A stretch of DNA of 60,373 nucleotides, counting the filler, from Squatina squatina (taxonomy: Eukaryota), in NCBI GenBank assembly GCA_031763465.1. It is 3 parts of 3 records of this genome, joined end to end, with 100 filler letters (N's around TTAATTAATTAA, not from the genome) between each part and the next. Parts side by side here need not be neighbours in the genome. Positions count along the whole stretch, not along the records: positions 26,432 to 40,941 come from JARFOE010000176.1; positions 41,042 to 60,373 come from JARFOE010000004.1; 1 more part is not named here. The stretch is one strand, 5' to 3'. Made by a program: the position numbers and the translations under genes. Under the pieces are notes generated by a model. That model made no database searches. It worked only from the letters and a program-made list of their open reading frames with translations, and was not told the DNA's origin. Numbering within the stretch: the first letter of the stretch is position 1; each line of letters begins with the position of its first letter. Positions 37,411 through 49,396 of the stretch are shown in pieces.

Positions 37411-38225
37411 TCAAGTCTAGAGGTAACATAGATAATGGTTTCAGCATAGGCTTTTTTAACAGCCTTCTCAACTTGTCCTGCCACCTTGTGTATGTGAACC
37501 CCCAGGTCTCCCTGCTCCTGCACATCCGTTGAAATTGTACCATTTAGTTTACATTGCCTTTCCTCATTCTTCCTACCAAAATGTATCACTTCACAGTTCT
37601 CTGCGTTAAATTTCATCTTCAGTTTATCTGCCCATTTCGACAGCCTGTCTATGTCCTCTTGAAGTCTGTCACTATCATTCACATTGTTTGCTACATTTCT
37701 GAGTTTTGTGTCATCTACAAACAAGTCCAGGTCATTAATATATATCAAGAAATGCAGTGGTCCTAGTGCCGACCCCTGGGGAACCCCACTGCAAATCTCC
37801 CTCCAGTCTGAAAAACAACCGTTCACCACTACTCTCCGCTTTCTGTGCCTCGGCCAACTTCATATCCGTGCTGCCAATGTCACTTCAATCCCGCGCACTT
37901 TAATTTTGCTAACTAGTCTGTTATGTGGAACTTAGTCAAACGTCTTTTGAAAGCCTATTAACACAACATCAACTGCATTACCTTCATCAACCCTCATTTA
38001 CTTCATCAAAGAACTCGATCAAGTTAGTCAAGAACGATTTGCCTTTAACAAATCCACGCTGACTTTCATTTATGAACCCATACTGTTCCAAATGCCAATG
38101 ACTTTTATCCCGGATTATTGTCTCTAAGTTTCCCCACCACTGACATTAGGCTGACTGGCCTGTAGTTGCCAGAATTATCCTACTCCCCTTTTTTTGAACA
38201 GGGGTGTGAGGTTTGCATCCCTCCA
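37411..38225 (-). mobile_element. CR1 LINE reverse transcriptase fragment
   Basis: SGVPQGSALGPLHFLIYINDLD...FVDDTKL...LQEDIDRLSKWADKLKMKFNAENCEVIHFG. Confidence 0.93.
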
Positions 38226-38823
38226 TGTCACCAAGGTAACTGCAGATATTCCATTGATATCATCTNNNNNNNNNNAGAAAGTGAAATAAGGAACAGTGGA
38301 ATGGCAGGACAAAGTTGTTGACAAGGTGTCTGGCACACGCTAACTTTCTCTTTCGTAGAATTATAGACCTTTACAGCACGGAAGGAGGCCATTCGGCACA
38401 TCGCATCCACACCGGCAGACAAAGTGCTATCCAGCCTAATCCCACTTTCCAGCTCTTGGTCCGTAGCCTTGTAGGTTCCGGCACTTCAAGTGCAAATCCA
38501 AATACTTCTAAATGCATGGAGGGTTTCTGTCTCCACCACCTTTTCGGGCAGTGAGTTCCAGAACCCCACCACCTTTTGGGTGAGAATATTTCTCCTCCAT
38601 TCCCCCCAACCCTCATACTTGCAGTACATTTGGCGCACAGCAAGCTCCCACAAACAGCAATGTGATGATGGCTAGATCATCTGTTTTAGTGCTGTTGGTT
38701 GAGGGGTAGGTATTGGCCCCAGGACACTGAGGAGAACTCCCCTGCTCTTCCACAGTAGTGCAGTGGGATCTTTTACATCCACCTGTGTATAACCCACATC
38801 TTTTTCAGTTTGAATTTTCATGA

Positions 38824-39009
<186 letters not shown>

Positions 39010-39039
39010 TGACTGAATCTTATTACTACCAGTGAGTGA

Positions 39040-39339
<300 letters not shown>

Positions 39340-40492
39340 TGATGGAATGTGCATTGCTTAGAAAGTGCAGCTGGCCCAGTTCAACCCAAGAAATATATCT
39401 TGTATACTAAATGTAGGCATTTCATAATCGCATGAAGGTAGCAACTTGGCTCATTGAGGCAGCTCTTGAACTGGAGCAGTCCACNNNNNNNNNNCATCTC
39501 CCTTATTCTTCCTTCTCAAATCCTCATTCCCTTTAAATGATGATTGTATTTAGTGAGACTTCTCTTCATCCTCCTCCTCACTCGTTCCTGGGAATATAAC
39601 TGAATGGGAGTGACAGAGGCACACTCTGATTGGACTCATTATTCAAACATGGGAATTACTGGAGGAAAACTGACCCAGGGTCCATCTAGTTCACCTTCTC
39701 CCCTTCTCCCATCCTGGGAGTCACACGATCCAACGATAATATTGACTAATCTCAATCTCGATCAATGAGTCTACAACAGACCCAGATATGAAGTGAGGAA
39801 AACCCCAGTGGGGGAGAGCTTTGGAAACCAGAGGTCCAAAGTCCCCTGTTCCTCCCGAGCTCGCTCCACTCCCCACACATTAGAGCTGAATTTGTGATCG
39901 GAGACTTCCTGCGTGCAGTTGCCTCCGATCGCAAATATTTGTACGAACTTTCCTGAGGGTCCGTGGGCCCCGTAAAGTTGCCCCATAGTTGGGCATGCGC
40001 AGCAGGGCTCTCATCTTTCATCTCTAAGTTATTCGGAGAGACTGGAGAGGTCATGTGGGAGGCCCCAACCTATCAGGTAGGAGTATTTCCCATTCATGCT
40101 TCGACAGATCAGCTCCATATATGGCAGATTTGTAAAAGTATGAATGGGAGATACTAAACTACACAAGCACATCAAAAAACATTTAAAAAACTATTGTAAC
40201 AATANNNNNNNNNNNNNNNNNNNNNNNNNNNNNNNNNNNNNNNNNNNNNNNNNNNNNNNNNNNNNNNNNNNNNNNNNNNNNNNNNNNNNNNNNNNNNNNN
40301 NNNNCCTGGAGGGATCACAATTTCAGCTCCATCATGTCTCTAATTACTCCGATACTGGAGCACAAATTGTTGTTTTCTGGAGGAAATCTCCCAAATTTAC
40401 CTTTGAATGAATCAATACTAACTGCTTCCAACGTCTCCCTAGGGAGCCTGTTCCATAGATTGACCACAAACTCACTGAAATATTAGTTCTGA

Positions 40493-40774
<282 letters not shown>

Positions 40775-40985
40775 TAGCTGGCTACAAAACAGAAAACAGA
40801 GAGTAGGGTGAAAGGTAGTTACTCAGATTGGCAAATGGTGTTCCAAAGGATTGGTGCTGGGACCATAAACGATTTGGGCTTGGGAATCAGAAGTACAATT
40901 TCAAAGCCAATGACCCCAAATTGGGGGTGTAGTTAATACAGNNNNNNNNNNNNNNNNNNNNNNNNNNNNNNNNNNNNNNNNNNNN

Positions 40986-40997
40986 TTAATTAATTAA
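40986..40997. other. Artificial scaffold linker TTAATTAATTAA
   Basis: Same as 26376-26387. Confidence 0.95.
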
Positions 40998-41469
40998 NNN
41001 NNNNNNNNNNNNNNNNNNNNNNNNNNNNNNNNNNNNNNNNNCACTATATAGTGTACTAGACAACAGTTAAACATGTTGATAAATATCATTTTAAAATATC
41101 AATTTCATGAAAGTAGGAAAGCAGCTATATGGAAAGGAAAATCTTAATGCTAATATAGTTTGATGGACACAAATATAAACAAATTAATACATTTCTAAAT
41201 CAATGAAAAGTAATGAGAGAAATGACAAGTGCTTTGAATAACTTGCATTCATCCCAAGAATCATTGGGGTATTCAGTTGCAGTCTTTTAACAATGATTGT
41301 GGAACCAGTTCTATCCAAAGAATCATGACTGCTGCATGTTTTTGAGAGGTTGACTCATGTACACATTTGCCTGGATAAAATTTAAGAGTAAGCACCTTGG
41401 TTGATTTCTAATTGACATGATAATTATTGTATTTGATAAAGGCTTGTGGTAAACTTTTTTTAACTACAG

Positions 41470-42231
41470 CCTCCAAGAACGCCAAGTCCTTCAAGTATCA
41501 ACTCTCTGGAATCCTCCAATGACCTTTCTAGGCTCACAGACAAACAGCAGGCTGAATACAGAGATGCCTATAAAGAATATATTGCACAGATGGCTCAGTT
41601 AGATGGCCCATCCATCTCCACAACTGACAAGTCTAATCTGTCTGCACCCCACAATCCTGGTCAGTTTTTTGTTGGGAAAAGCATACCAGGAGCTCCCTTT
41701 CAAACTTTGGAGCAAGATGCTGAGCAGAAGCAACACGATGATAAAAAATCCTTTGCAGGAAAAAGAGAGACTGTTCCACGTGGAGGCAAGTCTTCTACCA
41801 GTGACCTTGGCGATTATACATCATCCACTGTTTCTACATCTGATACATCGCTATTGGATCCCATCACTGAAGAAGATGAAAAACCAGACCCTTCAACAAC
41901 CAAGCTTCTGTCTAGGAAAAAATCTTCAGACAGAGTGAGTATCTTCCAAGGTGCAGATTTAACATTGAATGGCTTACATTATCGGAAACTACCCAGTGAT
42001 GAAGATGAATCGGGTCAAGAAGAATCTGATTATACCCCATTTCTTAAAGATGGAAAGACAGAAGAGAGAAACAAAATACAAACCAATTCCACTGAACATG
42101 GAAATGAAGCTGTCAGATCCCTGATCAAATCGAAGGAATATCTTTCTGATGCCATGCTTGACAAAAAGGATTCATCAGACTCTGGAGTCAGATCCAGTGA
42201 GAGTTCACCAAACCACTCTCTCCGTGATGAA
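41470..42231 (+). CDS. KIDINS220: KIDINS220/ARMS terminal exon, 5' part
   Basis: PPRTPS...QAEYRDAYKEYIAQM...LDPITEEDEK...YRKLPSDEDESG...KEYLSDAMLDKKDSSDSGVRSSESSPNHSL. ctacag| acceptor. Confidence 0.94.
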
Positions 42232-44732
42232 ACCAGGCTCGGTGCCCAGTCTCTCTTTCCCCAACACCAGGCTTGGTCCCCAGTCTCTCTCTCCCCGACA
42301 CCAGGATGGGTGCACAGACACACACTCCTCGACACGAGGCTCGGTGCCCAGTCTCTCTTTCTCCCCGACACCAGGGTCGGTCCCCAATCTCTCGCTCCCC
42401 GACACCAGGCTTGGTGCCCAGCCTCTCGCTCCCCGACACCAGGCTCTGTGACTAGTCTCTCTCTCCCCGACACCTGGCTCAGTGCCTAGTGTCTCTCTCC
42501 CCGACACCAGGCTCGGTGCCCAGTTTCTATCTCCCCGACACAAGACTCGGTGCCCAGTCTCTCTCTCCCCAACACCAGGCTCGTTGCCGAATCTCTCGAT
42601 GATGACACCAGGCTCGGTGGCCAGTCTCTCACTCCCCGACACCAGGCTCGGTGAACAGTCTCTCGCTCCCCGACTCCAGGATCAGGGCCCAGTCTCTCGC
42701 TCCCCGACACCAGGCTCGGTGCCAAGTCTCTCTCTCCTTCACACCAGGCTTAGTGCCCAGGTTCTCTCTCTCCCCGACACCAGGTTTGGTGGCCAGTCTC
42801 TCGCTCCTCGACACCAGGCTCGGTGCCAGTCTCTCGCTCCCCGACACCAGGCTCGATGCCCAGTCTCTCGCTCCCTGACACCAGGCTCGGTGCCCAATCT
42901 CTCAGTGATGACACCAGGCTCAGTGCCCAGTCTCTGGCTCGCCGACACTAGGTTCGGTGCCCAGTCTCTCGCTCCCTGACCGTAGAGTCGGTGCCCAGTC
43001 TCTCGCTCCCTGACCGCAGGGTCGGTGCACAGTCTCTCGCTCCCCGACACCAGGCTCGATGCCCAGTCTCTCTTTCCCCAACACTAGGCTTGTTGCCCAG
43101 TCTCCATCTCCCTGACACCAGGATCGGTGCACAGTCTCTCACTCCGAGACACCAGGCTCGGTGCCCAGTCTCTCTTTCCACGACACAAGTCTCGGTGCCC
43201 AATCTCTCCATGATAACACCAGGCTTGATGCCCAGTCTCTCTCTCCCCACACCAGGCTCACTGCCCAGTCTCTCGCTGCCCGACACCAGGCTCGGTGCCC
43301 AATCTCTCGCTCCCCGACACCAGGCTCGATCTCAGTGTCTATCTCCCCGACTCCAGGCTCGGTGCCCAGTATCTCGCTCCCCGACACCAGGCTCGGTGCC
43401 CAAACTCTCGCTCCCCGACACCAGGCTAGATGCACAGTTTCTATCTACCCACAACAGGCTCGGTGCCCAGTCTCTGGCTCCCCAATACCAGGCTCGGTGC
43501 CCAGTCTCTCGCCTCCCGTCGCCAGGCTCGGTGCCCAGTCTCTCTCTCCCTGACATGAGGCTCGGTGCCCAGCCTCTCGCTCTCCGACACCAGGCACGGT
43601 GCCCAATCTCTCTCTCCCCAACACCAGGCTCTTTGCCCAATCTCTCGATGATGACACCAGGCTCGGTGCCCAGTCTCTCACTCCCCGACACCACGCTCGG
43701 TGAACAGTCTCTCGCTCCCCGACACCAGGCTCGGTGCCCAGTCTCTCACTCCCCGACACCAGGCTCGGTGCCCAGTCTCTCGCTCCCTGACTCCAGGATC
43801 AGGGCCCAGTCTCTCGCTGCCCGACACCAGGCTTGGTGCCCAGTCTCTCTCTCCTTCACACCAGGCTCGGTGCCCAATCTCTCTCTCTCGCCGACACCAG
43901 GCTTGGTGCCCAGTCTCTCTCTCCCCGACAGCAGGCTCGGTGCCCAGTCTCGCGCTCCCCGAAACCAGGCTCGATGCCCAGTCTCTCGCTGCACGACAAC
44001 AGGCTTGGTGCCCAATCTCTGAGTGATGACACCAGGCTCAGTGCCCAGTCTCTCGCTCTCCGACCGCAGGGTCGGGTCCCAGTCTCTCGCTCCCCGACAC
44101 CAGGCTAGATGCCCAGTCTCGCTTTCCCCGACACCAGGCTTGGTGTCCAGTCTCTCTCACCCCAACACCAGGATCGGTGGACAGACTCTCGCTCGTCAAC
44201 ACCAGGCTCGGTGCCCAGTCTCTCTTTCCACGACACAAGACTCGGTGGCCAATCTCTCAGTGATGACACCAGGCTTGGTGCCCAGTCTCTCGCTCCCCGA
44301 CAACAGTCTCATTGCCCAGTGTCTCGCTTCCCGACACCAGGCTCAGTGCCCAACCTCTCCGTGATGACACCAGGCTCGGTGCCCAGTCTCTCTCTCCCCG
44401 ACACCAGGCTCGCTGCCCAGTCTCTGGCTCCCTGACACCAGGCTCGGTGCCCAGTCTCTCTTTCCCTGACAGCAGGCTCGGTGTCCAGTCTCTCGCTCCC
44501 TGACACCAGGCTCGGTGCCCAGTTTCCATCGACCCGACACCAGGCTCGGTGCCCAGTCTCTCCCTCACCCCGACATCGGGCTCGGTGCCCAGTCTCTCAC
44601 TCCCCGACACCAGGCTCGGTGCCCAGTCTCTCGCTCCCCGACTCCAGGATCAGGTCCCAGTCTCTCGCTCCCCGACAGCAGGCTCGGTGCCCAGTCTCTC
44701 TCTCCTTCACACCAGGCTTGGTGCCCAGTTTC
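42232..44732. repeat. 34-bp minisatellite (ACACCAGGCTCGGTGCCCAGTCTCTCGCTCCCCG)n, about 73 units, inside the KIDINS220 exon
   Basis: Period 34 (for example ccgacaccagg at 43381 and 43415). The translation cycles through three frames with a 34-aa period. Confidence 0.97.
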
Positions 44733-44832
44733 NNNNNNNNNNNNNNNNNNNNNNNNNNNNNNNNNNNNNNNNNNNNNNNNNNNNNNNNNNNNNNNNNNNN
44801 NNNNNNNNNNNNNNNNNNNNNNNNNNNNNNNN

Positions 44833-45272
44833 AATGCAGTCTGTTAGCCAGTAGTCCTGAGGAAAATTGGCCTGTCTCTCAGAAAATGTTTAATGTAACC
44901 AACATCAACAGAACAGCAAGCACAGAGACCCTCAATAACAACAGCAATGCTTCTAATAGGCTGCAGAATGCAGATGAAGATGAGAGGAAAGAATTCATAG
45001 AAACAGCCGGTGACCCTGAGCACTTAGGAAAGAATGCACCTCGAGTTGCCCATCCTACAGCAAGCTCAGCTCTGGGCAAAGCACCAGTCCAGAATGATAC
45101 ATATGCAGCTTCAATCAAGAATGACAACCTACGAGGTCTCGGTATTAAACGGGGCCTCACATCTAAAGCTTCATCAAATTTTATCAAGCACACAAAGAGT
45201 AACACCTCATCTGAGCTACATGCAATTGGTCCCAGTGATTCCTATGGGGAAGAACGGGAGAGCATCCTGTAA
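44833..45272 (+). CDS. KIDINS220: KIDINS220 terminal exon, 3' part with PDZ-binding end
   Basis: CSLLASSPEENWP...STETLNNN...GEERESIL*. Candidate AATAAA at 45919-45924. Confidence 0.94.
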
Positions 45273-47584
45273 TAGAAAGTAAATCATCTGATGAAAGTTT
45301 ATGTTGGTAAAAGAAAATTCAAGGATATGTTGTATTCTTATAAACTCTGCATTTGGCTATCTTTCTGCTATCACTCCTTTCATGCTTTGTTTCAATAGCA
45401 CATACCTTAAATTAAGTATTAGGTTCATTCTATCGAGGAGGTATTGTATGTATTAGTAATGTGAGAGTGGTATTGTTTAACATGTGTGTATAATATACTG
45501 TGATTCTTAGCTAAAGTGATATCTTGTGATTGTAATTTTAGTAGTTTTGTCATGGTGTAAGTTCTAACTGTAAATGTGATCAGTATTGCATTAAGAATTT
45601 GTTCAAATATTGTTAAATATGAATAATAGCTTTACTATTGTAAGTATTGATTTGTTGTGTTAGTGTTGCTTTATGTGAATCCTCTGATTTTAGTTATATA
45701 TGCCACAATTGAGCAGTACCTGTGATTTGTGGTTTTGAAGGTCAATCTGTCATCAATGTAGTTAAATAATTTTGGTGGTATTTGACTCTTTTCAATGAGG
45801 ATAGTGATAGATTGGATTGTTAATATCGCATTGTTTAATGTCAAAAATCTTAATATATTGAATTGTATTTGTTACCAGATCTTGAAAAAGCTGGTGTCTT
45901 TGTCTAACTGTCTGCTGAAATAAATAGTTGTGGTAGTATTTTTGTCTAGTTATTCTGACTGCAACAAACTAACTCCAAATATTTACCAGTATAGCCTGAT
46001 GCTTGTCAATAATTTAATGCTGAAAGCTGAATCCACCTTAACTTAAAACCTAACATATTTTACATAGAGATTATTTGTATATAATCAGTCATCGACCACT
46101 ATTCACTTTTGTGGCAGCAACTTGTATCAAATACAGCAAATTATCAGCTGACAGAAATGCATATTTCTACATCGTTCTACCACAATAACATTACAACAAT
46201 TTCACAGTTACATAATCCACCATAACTTCACAAGGGAAGCTGTCTCAGTAGACTTTTCTGTTCGATACTGCCTGACTGGTGAATCACTCCCATGTTTGGT
46301 CATTCTGCACCCTTCCTGTAAGCTATTGGTTGTAAAGTGCTTTGGGAACTCCCAAGGATGTGAAAGGTGCTGTGTGAATGCAAGTTCATTCTTCCTGATG
46401 GATACAATAGGAACTTGGTTGATACTGAATGGTTCTGGGGCAGCCACGTGCTAAATCATTTTTCCCCAACTTTGAAAGACTGCTCCGCTTTGAAAGTGTC
46501 CCTACTATTGTAACTTTTCATGACTCCTGAAGCTCCAGGTACTTTNNNNNNNNNNNNNNNNNNNNNNNNNNNNNNNNNNNNNNNNNNNNNNNNNNNNNNN
46601 NNNNNNNNNNNNNNNNNNNNNNNNNNNNNNNNNNNNNNNNNNNNNCCTTGGGGTTCACTCTGTGGTCTTAGAGTGACAGCTCTCCCAGCACTGGGCGGCA
46701 TGCTGGCCAACCCAGATTAATTGGAAAGCTACGCCACACTCGCACAAGGTGGTTAAGATTAGCACGGGCTAGCTCAACCCACGGCCGACCTCAACAGCTA
46801 CAATTACATGGAGGGTGTAACACCTAATTAAATTCTCCACTAATTTGCGAAACAGTAAAGTTGCACTATTAATATGATTACTATTACTCACCTAGGCAAC
46901 AACAGTGCCAACAGACTTTAGAAGGCGATCACACAACTCTAGTTGAATCAGAGACCGCAGTTATCCAACTGGGATGATTTCCGGATCGTTAACAAATGCC
47001 TTTATTTTGAAGCAGTTTTGAGCCCACTTTCTCGAGTATCAGGTTCAAGCCTGTGCGAGTTGCCTTGCCTCTCGGTGCCATTTATTATGAAAAGTGCAAT
47101 GCATGTGGAATCTTGATGGGCCTGTGCTTGAAAACTTTCTCTTGAAAATGTTACCAGTTTGTTTACAGTAGTGCAGGATGCAAGTTGAAAAGTAAAAAAA
47201 GACCATTTTAAAGTTTAACAAGTTTGCAATTGCAGCCAACAAATCTACCAGTGTAGCTTAACAAAAATCTGCTCAGAGTTTATTACAAGACATTATAAAC
47301 TCCTGTGTTAAGATGGACGTCCATTGATGAATCTGTCACTAGGGAGCCAGTCACAAAATGTGTTTGCTGAAAATCGCTACCTTTCCTTCAAAATGGACCT
47401 AGTTCGCACTATGTTCTGGGTTAAACATTCTAATACATAGAGAGAGCTGCCTTAGTCACGTTCCCCGTGTTTCTATGAACAGCATGCAATCTGCCCAGTA
47501 TTATAGATAGATTATACAATGTACATGTGTTTAACCGACAAAATCCTCACCCACCTTCAAGAGCAATGAAGTCACTCTGCATTC

Positions 47585-48668
47585 AGTAAGCGACGATTTA
47601 TTTTGTATAAAAAAGTACGATTTACAATATTAACTTTTATAAAAAGTTTCAGCATAATTAAGTACAGCATTACAACGTTGCAGAAATGTATATCTCTGCT
47701 ACTATACACAATACTCTGATTTAGAGTTCACAAGGCTGTCTATCACACAAATTCCGCGCCAATCCTGCTTTGCCAGAAAATAAAATTCCTGCCAAAAATG
47801 TTTTTTTTAAAAATCAACAACCAGATTTCTCTCTTCGGACACGCTCCACCTTCNNNNNNNNNNNNNNNNNNNNNNNNNNNNNNNNNNNNNNNNNNNNNNN
47901 NNNNNNNNNNNNNNNNNNNNNNNNNNNNNNNNNNNNNNNNNNNNNNNNNNNNNNNNNNNNNNNNNNNNNNNNNNNNNNNNNNNNNNNNNNNNNNNNNNNN
48001 NNNNNNNNNNNNNNNNNNNNNNNNNNNNNNNNNNNNNNNNNNNNNNNNNNNNNNNNNNNNNNNNNNNNNNNNNNNNNNNNNNNNNNNNNNNNNNNNNNNN
48101 NNNNNNNNNNNNNNNNNNNNNNNNNNNNNNNNNNNNNNNNNNNNNNNNNNNNNNNNNNNNNNNNNNNNNNNNNNNNNNNNNNNNNNNNNNNNNNNNNNNN
48201 NNNNNNNNNNNNNNNNNNNNNNNNNNNNNNNNNNNNNNNNNNNNNNNNNNNNNNNNNNNNNNNNNNNNNNNGCACTCCGTGACTGTACAAAGCGCCTCTT
48301 AAAACTCGCTCACGTGCATCCAAGTCCATTTCAGCCTGCACCACAAGACATTGGTTTGTTTGACTGCATTTAAAAAAAAACTTACTTGAAGCTTCCATTT
48401 TTGAGTAAGTTTCACTATCACTTCGGTTTAGCACAAGATTGACAAAAATATAAAGGATTTTTTTTTTAAAAAGGACGTTTTGGGGATTTTGTTTTTGCAG
48501 AAAGAAATAGTAAAATTCACGGGGCGAGATCGGTTCTCATAACCTTTCATCAGCAATTTCAGCTTTACTTTAACATCTAGTTTGATTCTAAGATTAGTCT
48601 CACGTGTCTCTTCCCAAAATATATACGCAATGGATAAATTTTGGTAGCTTCTCCATAATCGGGGTTAC
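47585..48668 (-). other. ID2: ID2 non-coding last exon (3'UTR), with gap; poly(A) signal at 47597-47602
   Basis: Acceptor gtttag| at 48668. The distal block matches the recalled human ID2 3'UTR end (CTTTTTATAAAAGTT...TATACAAAATAAATC). Confidence 0.8.
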
Positions 48669-48762
48669 CTAAACCAAGGCAAGAGTGGATGCACACCTCC
48701 CCCCCTCACCCCAAATGCATACACACACAAAAATAAAATGGGCATTTGTACTTACCGGTAGA

Positions 48763-48819
48763 TCAACGACAAAATGCCTTACTGTCGTCTGTCAACAATT
48801 GTTTGGGGAATTCAGATGC
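48763..48819 (-). CDS. ID2: ID2 coding exon 2 (ASEFPKQLLTDDSKAFCR*)
   Basis: Similar to human ASEFPSELMSNDSKALCG*. tattag| acceptor, donor |gtaagt 7 nt after the stop. Confidence 0.92.
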   Translation of the reverse strand, partial: ASEFPKQLLTDDSKAFCR

Positions 48820-49039
48820 CTAATAGAAAGGAAAGAAAAAATGTAATCTCCCAATCACAAAGGCAAAATAAAGTAATCAGAAAGAACAATGTATCCAACA
48901 TTCAAACTGGCACAAGAATAACTAATACCAGCAGAGGGCTTTTTGGGGGGTAAAAATGCAGTTTGAGCGCAAGCTATAAAGATGTCAACTGATCTAACAT
49001 TAAGGTGCATTGAGTAGGTGATTGAATAAGAGACAATAC

Positions 49040-49396
49040 CTGTAACGATAGGATCGCGACGTCTGTGTTGAGTGTTGACAGAGGCGTTCTGGAAGGAGAA
49101 TTCTGGCCCTGATGCAGAACGATCGAGGGGTGCGTGTCCAAGGCGATCTGCAGATCCAGAATGTAATCGATGACATGCTGTAGGATTTCCATTTTGCTCA
49201 CTTTCTTATTTTGCGGGATGCTGGGGACCAGCTCTTTCAGCTTGGAGTAACAGTCGTTCATGTTGTAGAGGAGGCCGAGCGGCTCCTCCACCGGTGTTTT
49301 GGTCCTGGAAATGCCAAGGCTCTGCTCCGACAGGCCCCGCACAACGTCGCTGCCGCTTTGTTTTCTGGCTGATCGGATCGGGCTGACAGCTTTCAT
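49040..49396 (-). CDS. ID2: Inhibitor of DNA binding 2 (HLH) coding exon 1
   Basis: [46 protein letters not shown] and D-box RTPLSTLN. Donor CAG|gtattg. Tail-to-tail with KIDINS220 as in human. Confidence 0.93.

Noticed and set aside
34715-37532. Many long Cys-rich ORFs
   Set aside because: They are translations of a stop-poor 8-bp satellite in all frames, with no splice or homology support.
42030-44610. Regularly spaced 34-bp repeats resembling a CRISPR array, with overlapping ORFs on both strands
   Set aside because: The units are head-to-tail with no unique spacers, there are no cas genes, and the context is vertebrate. This is a minisatellite.
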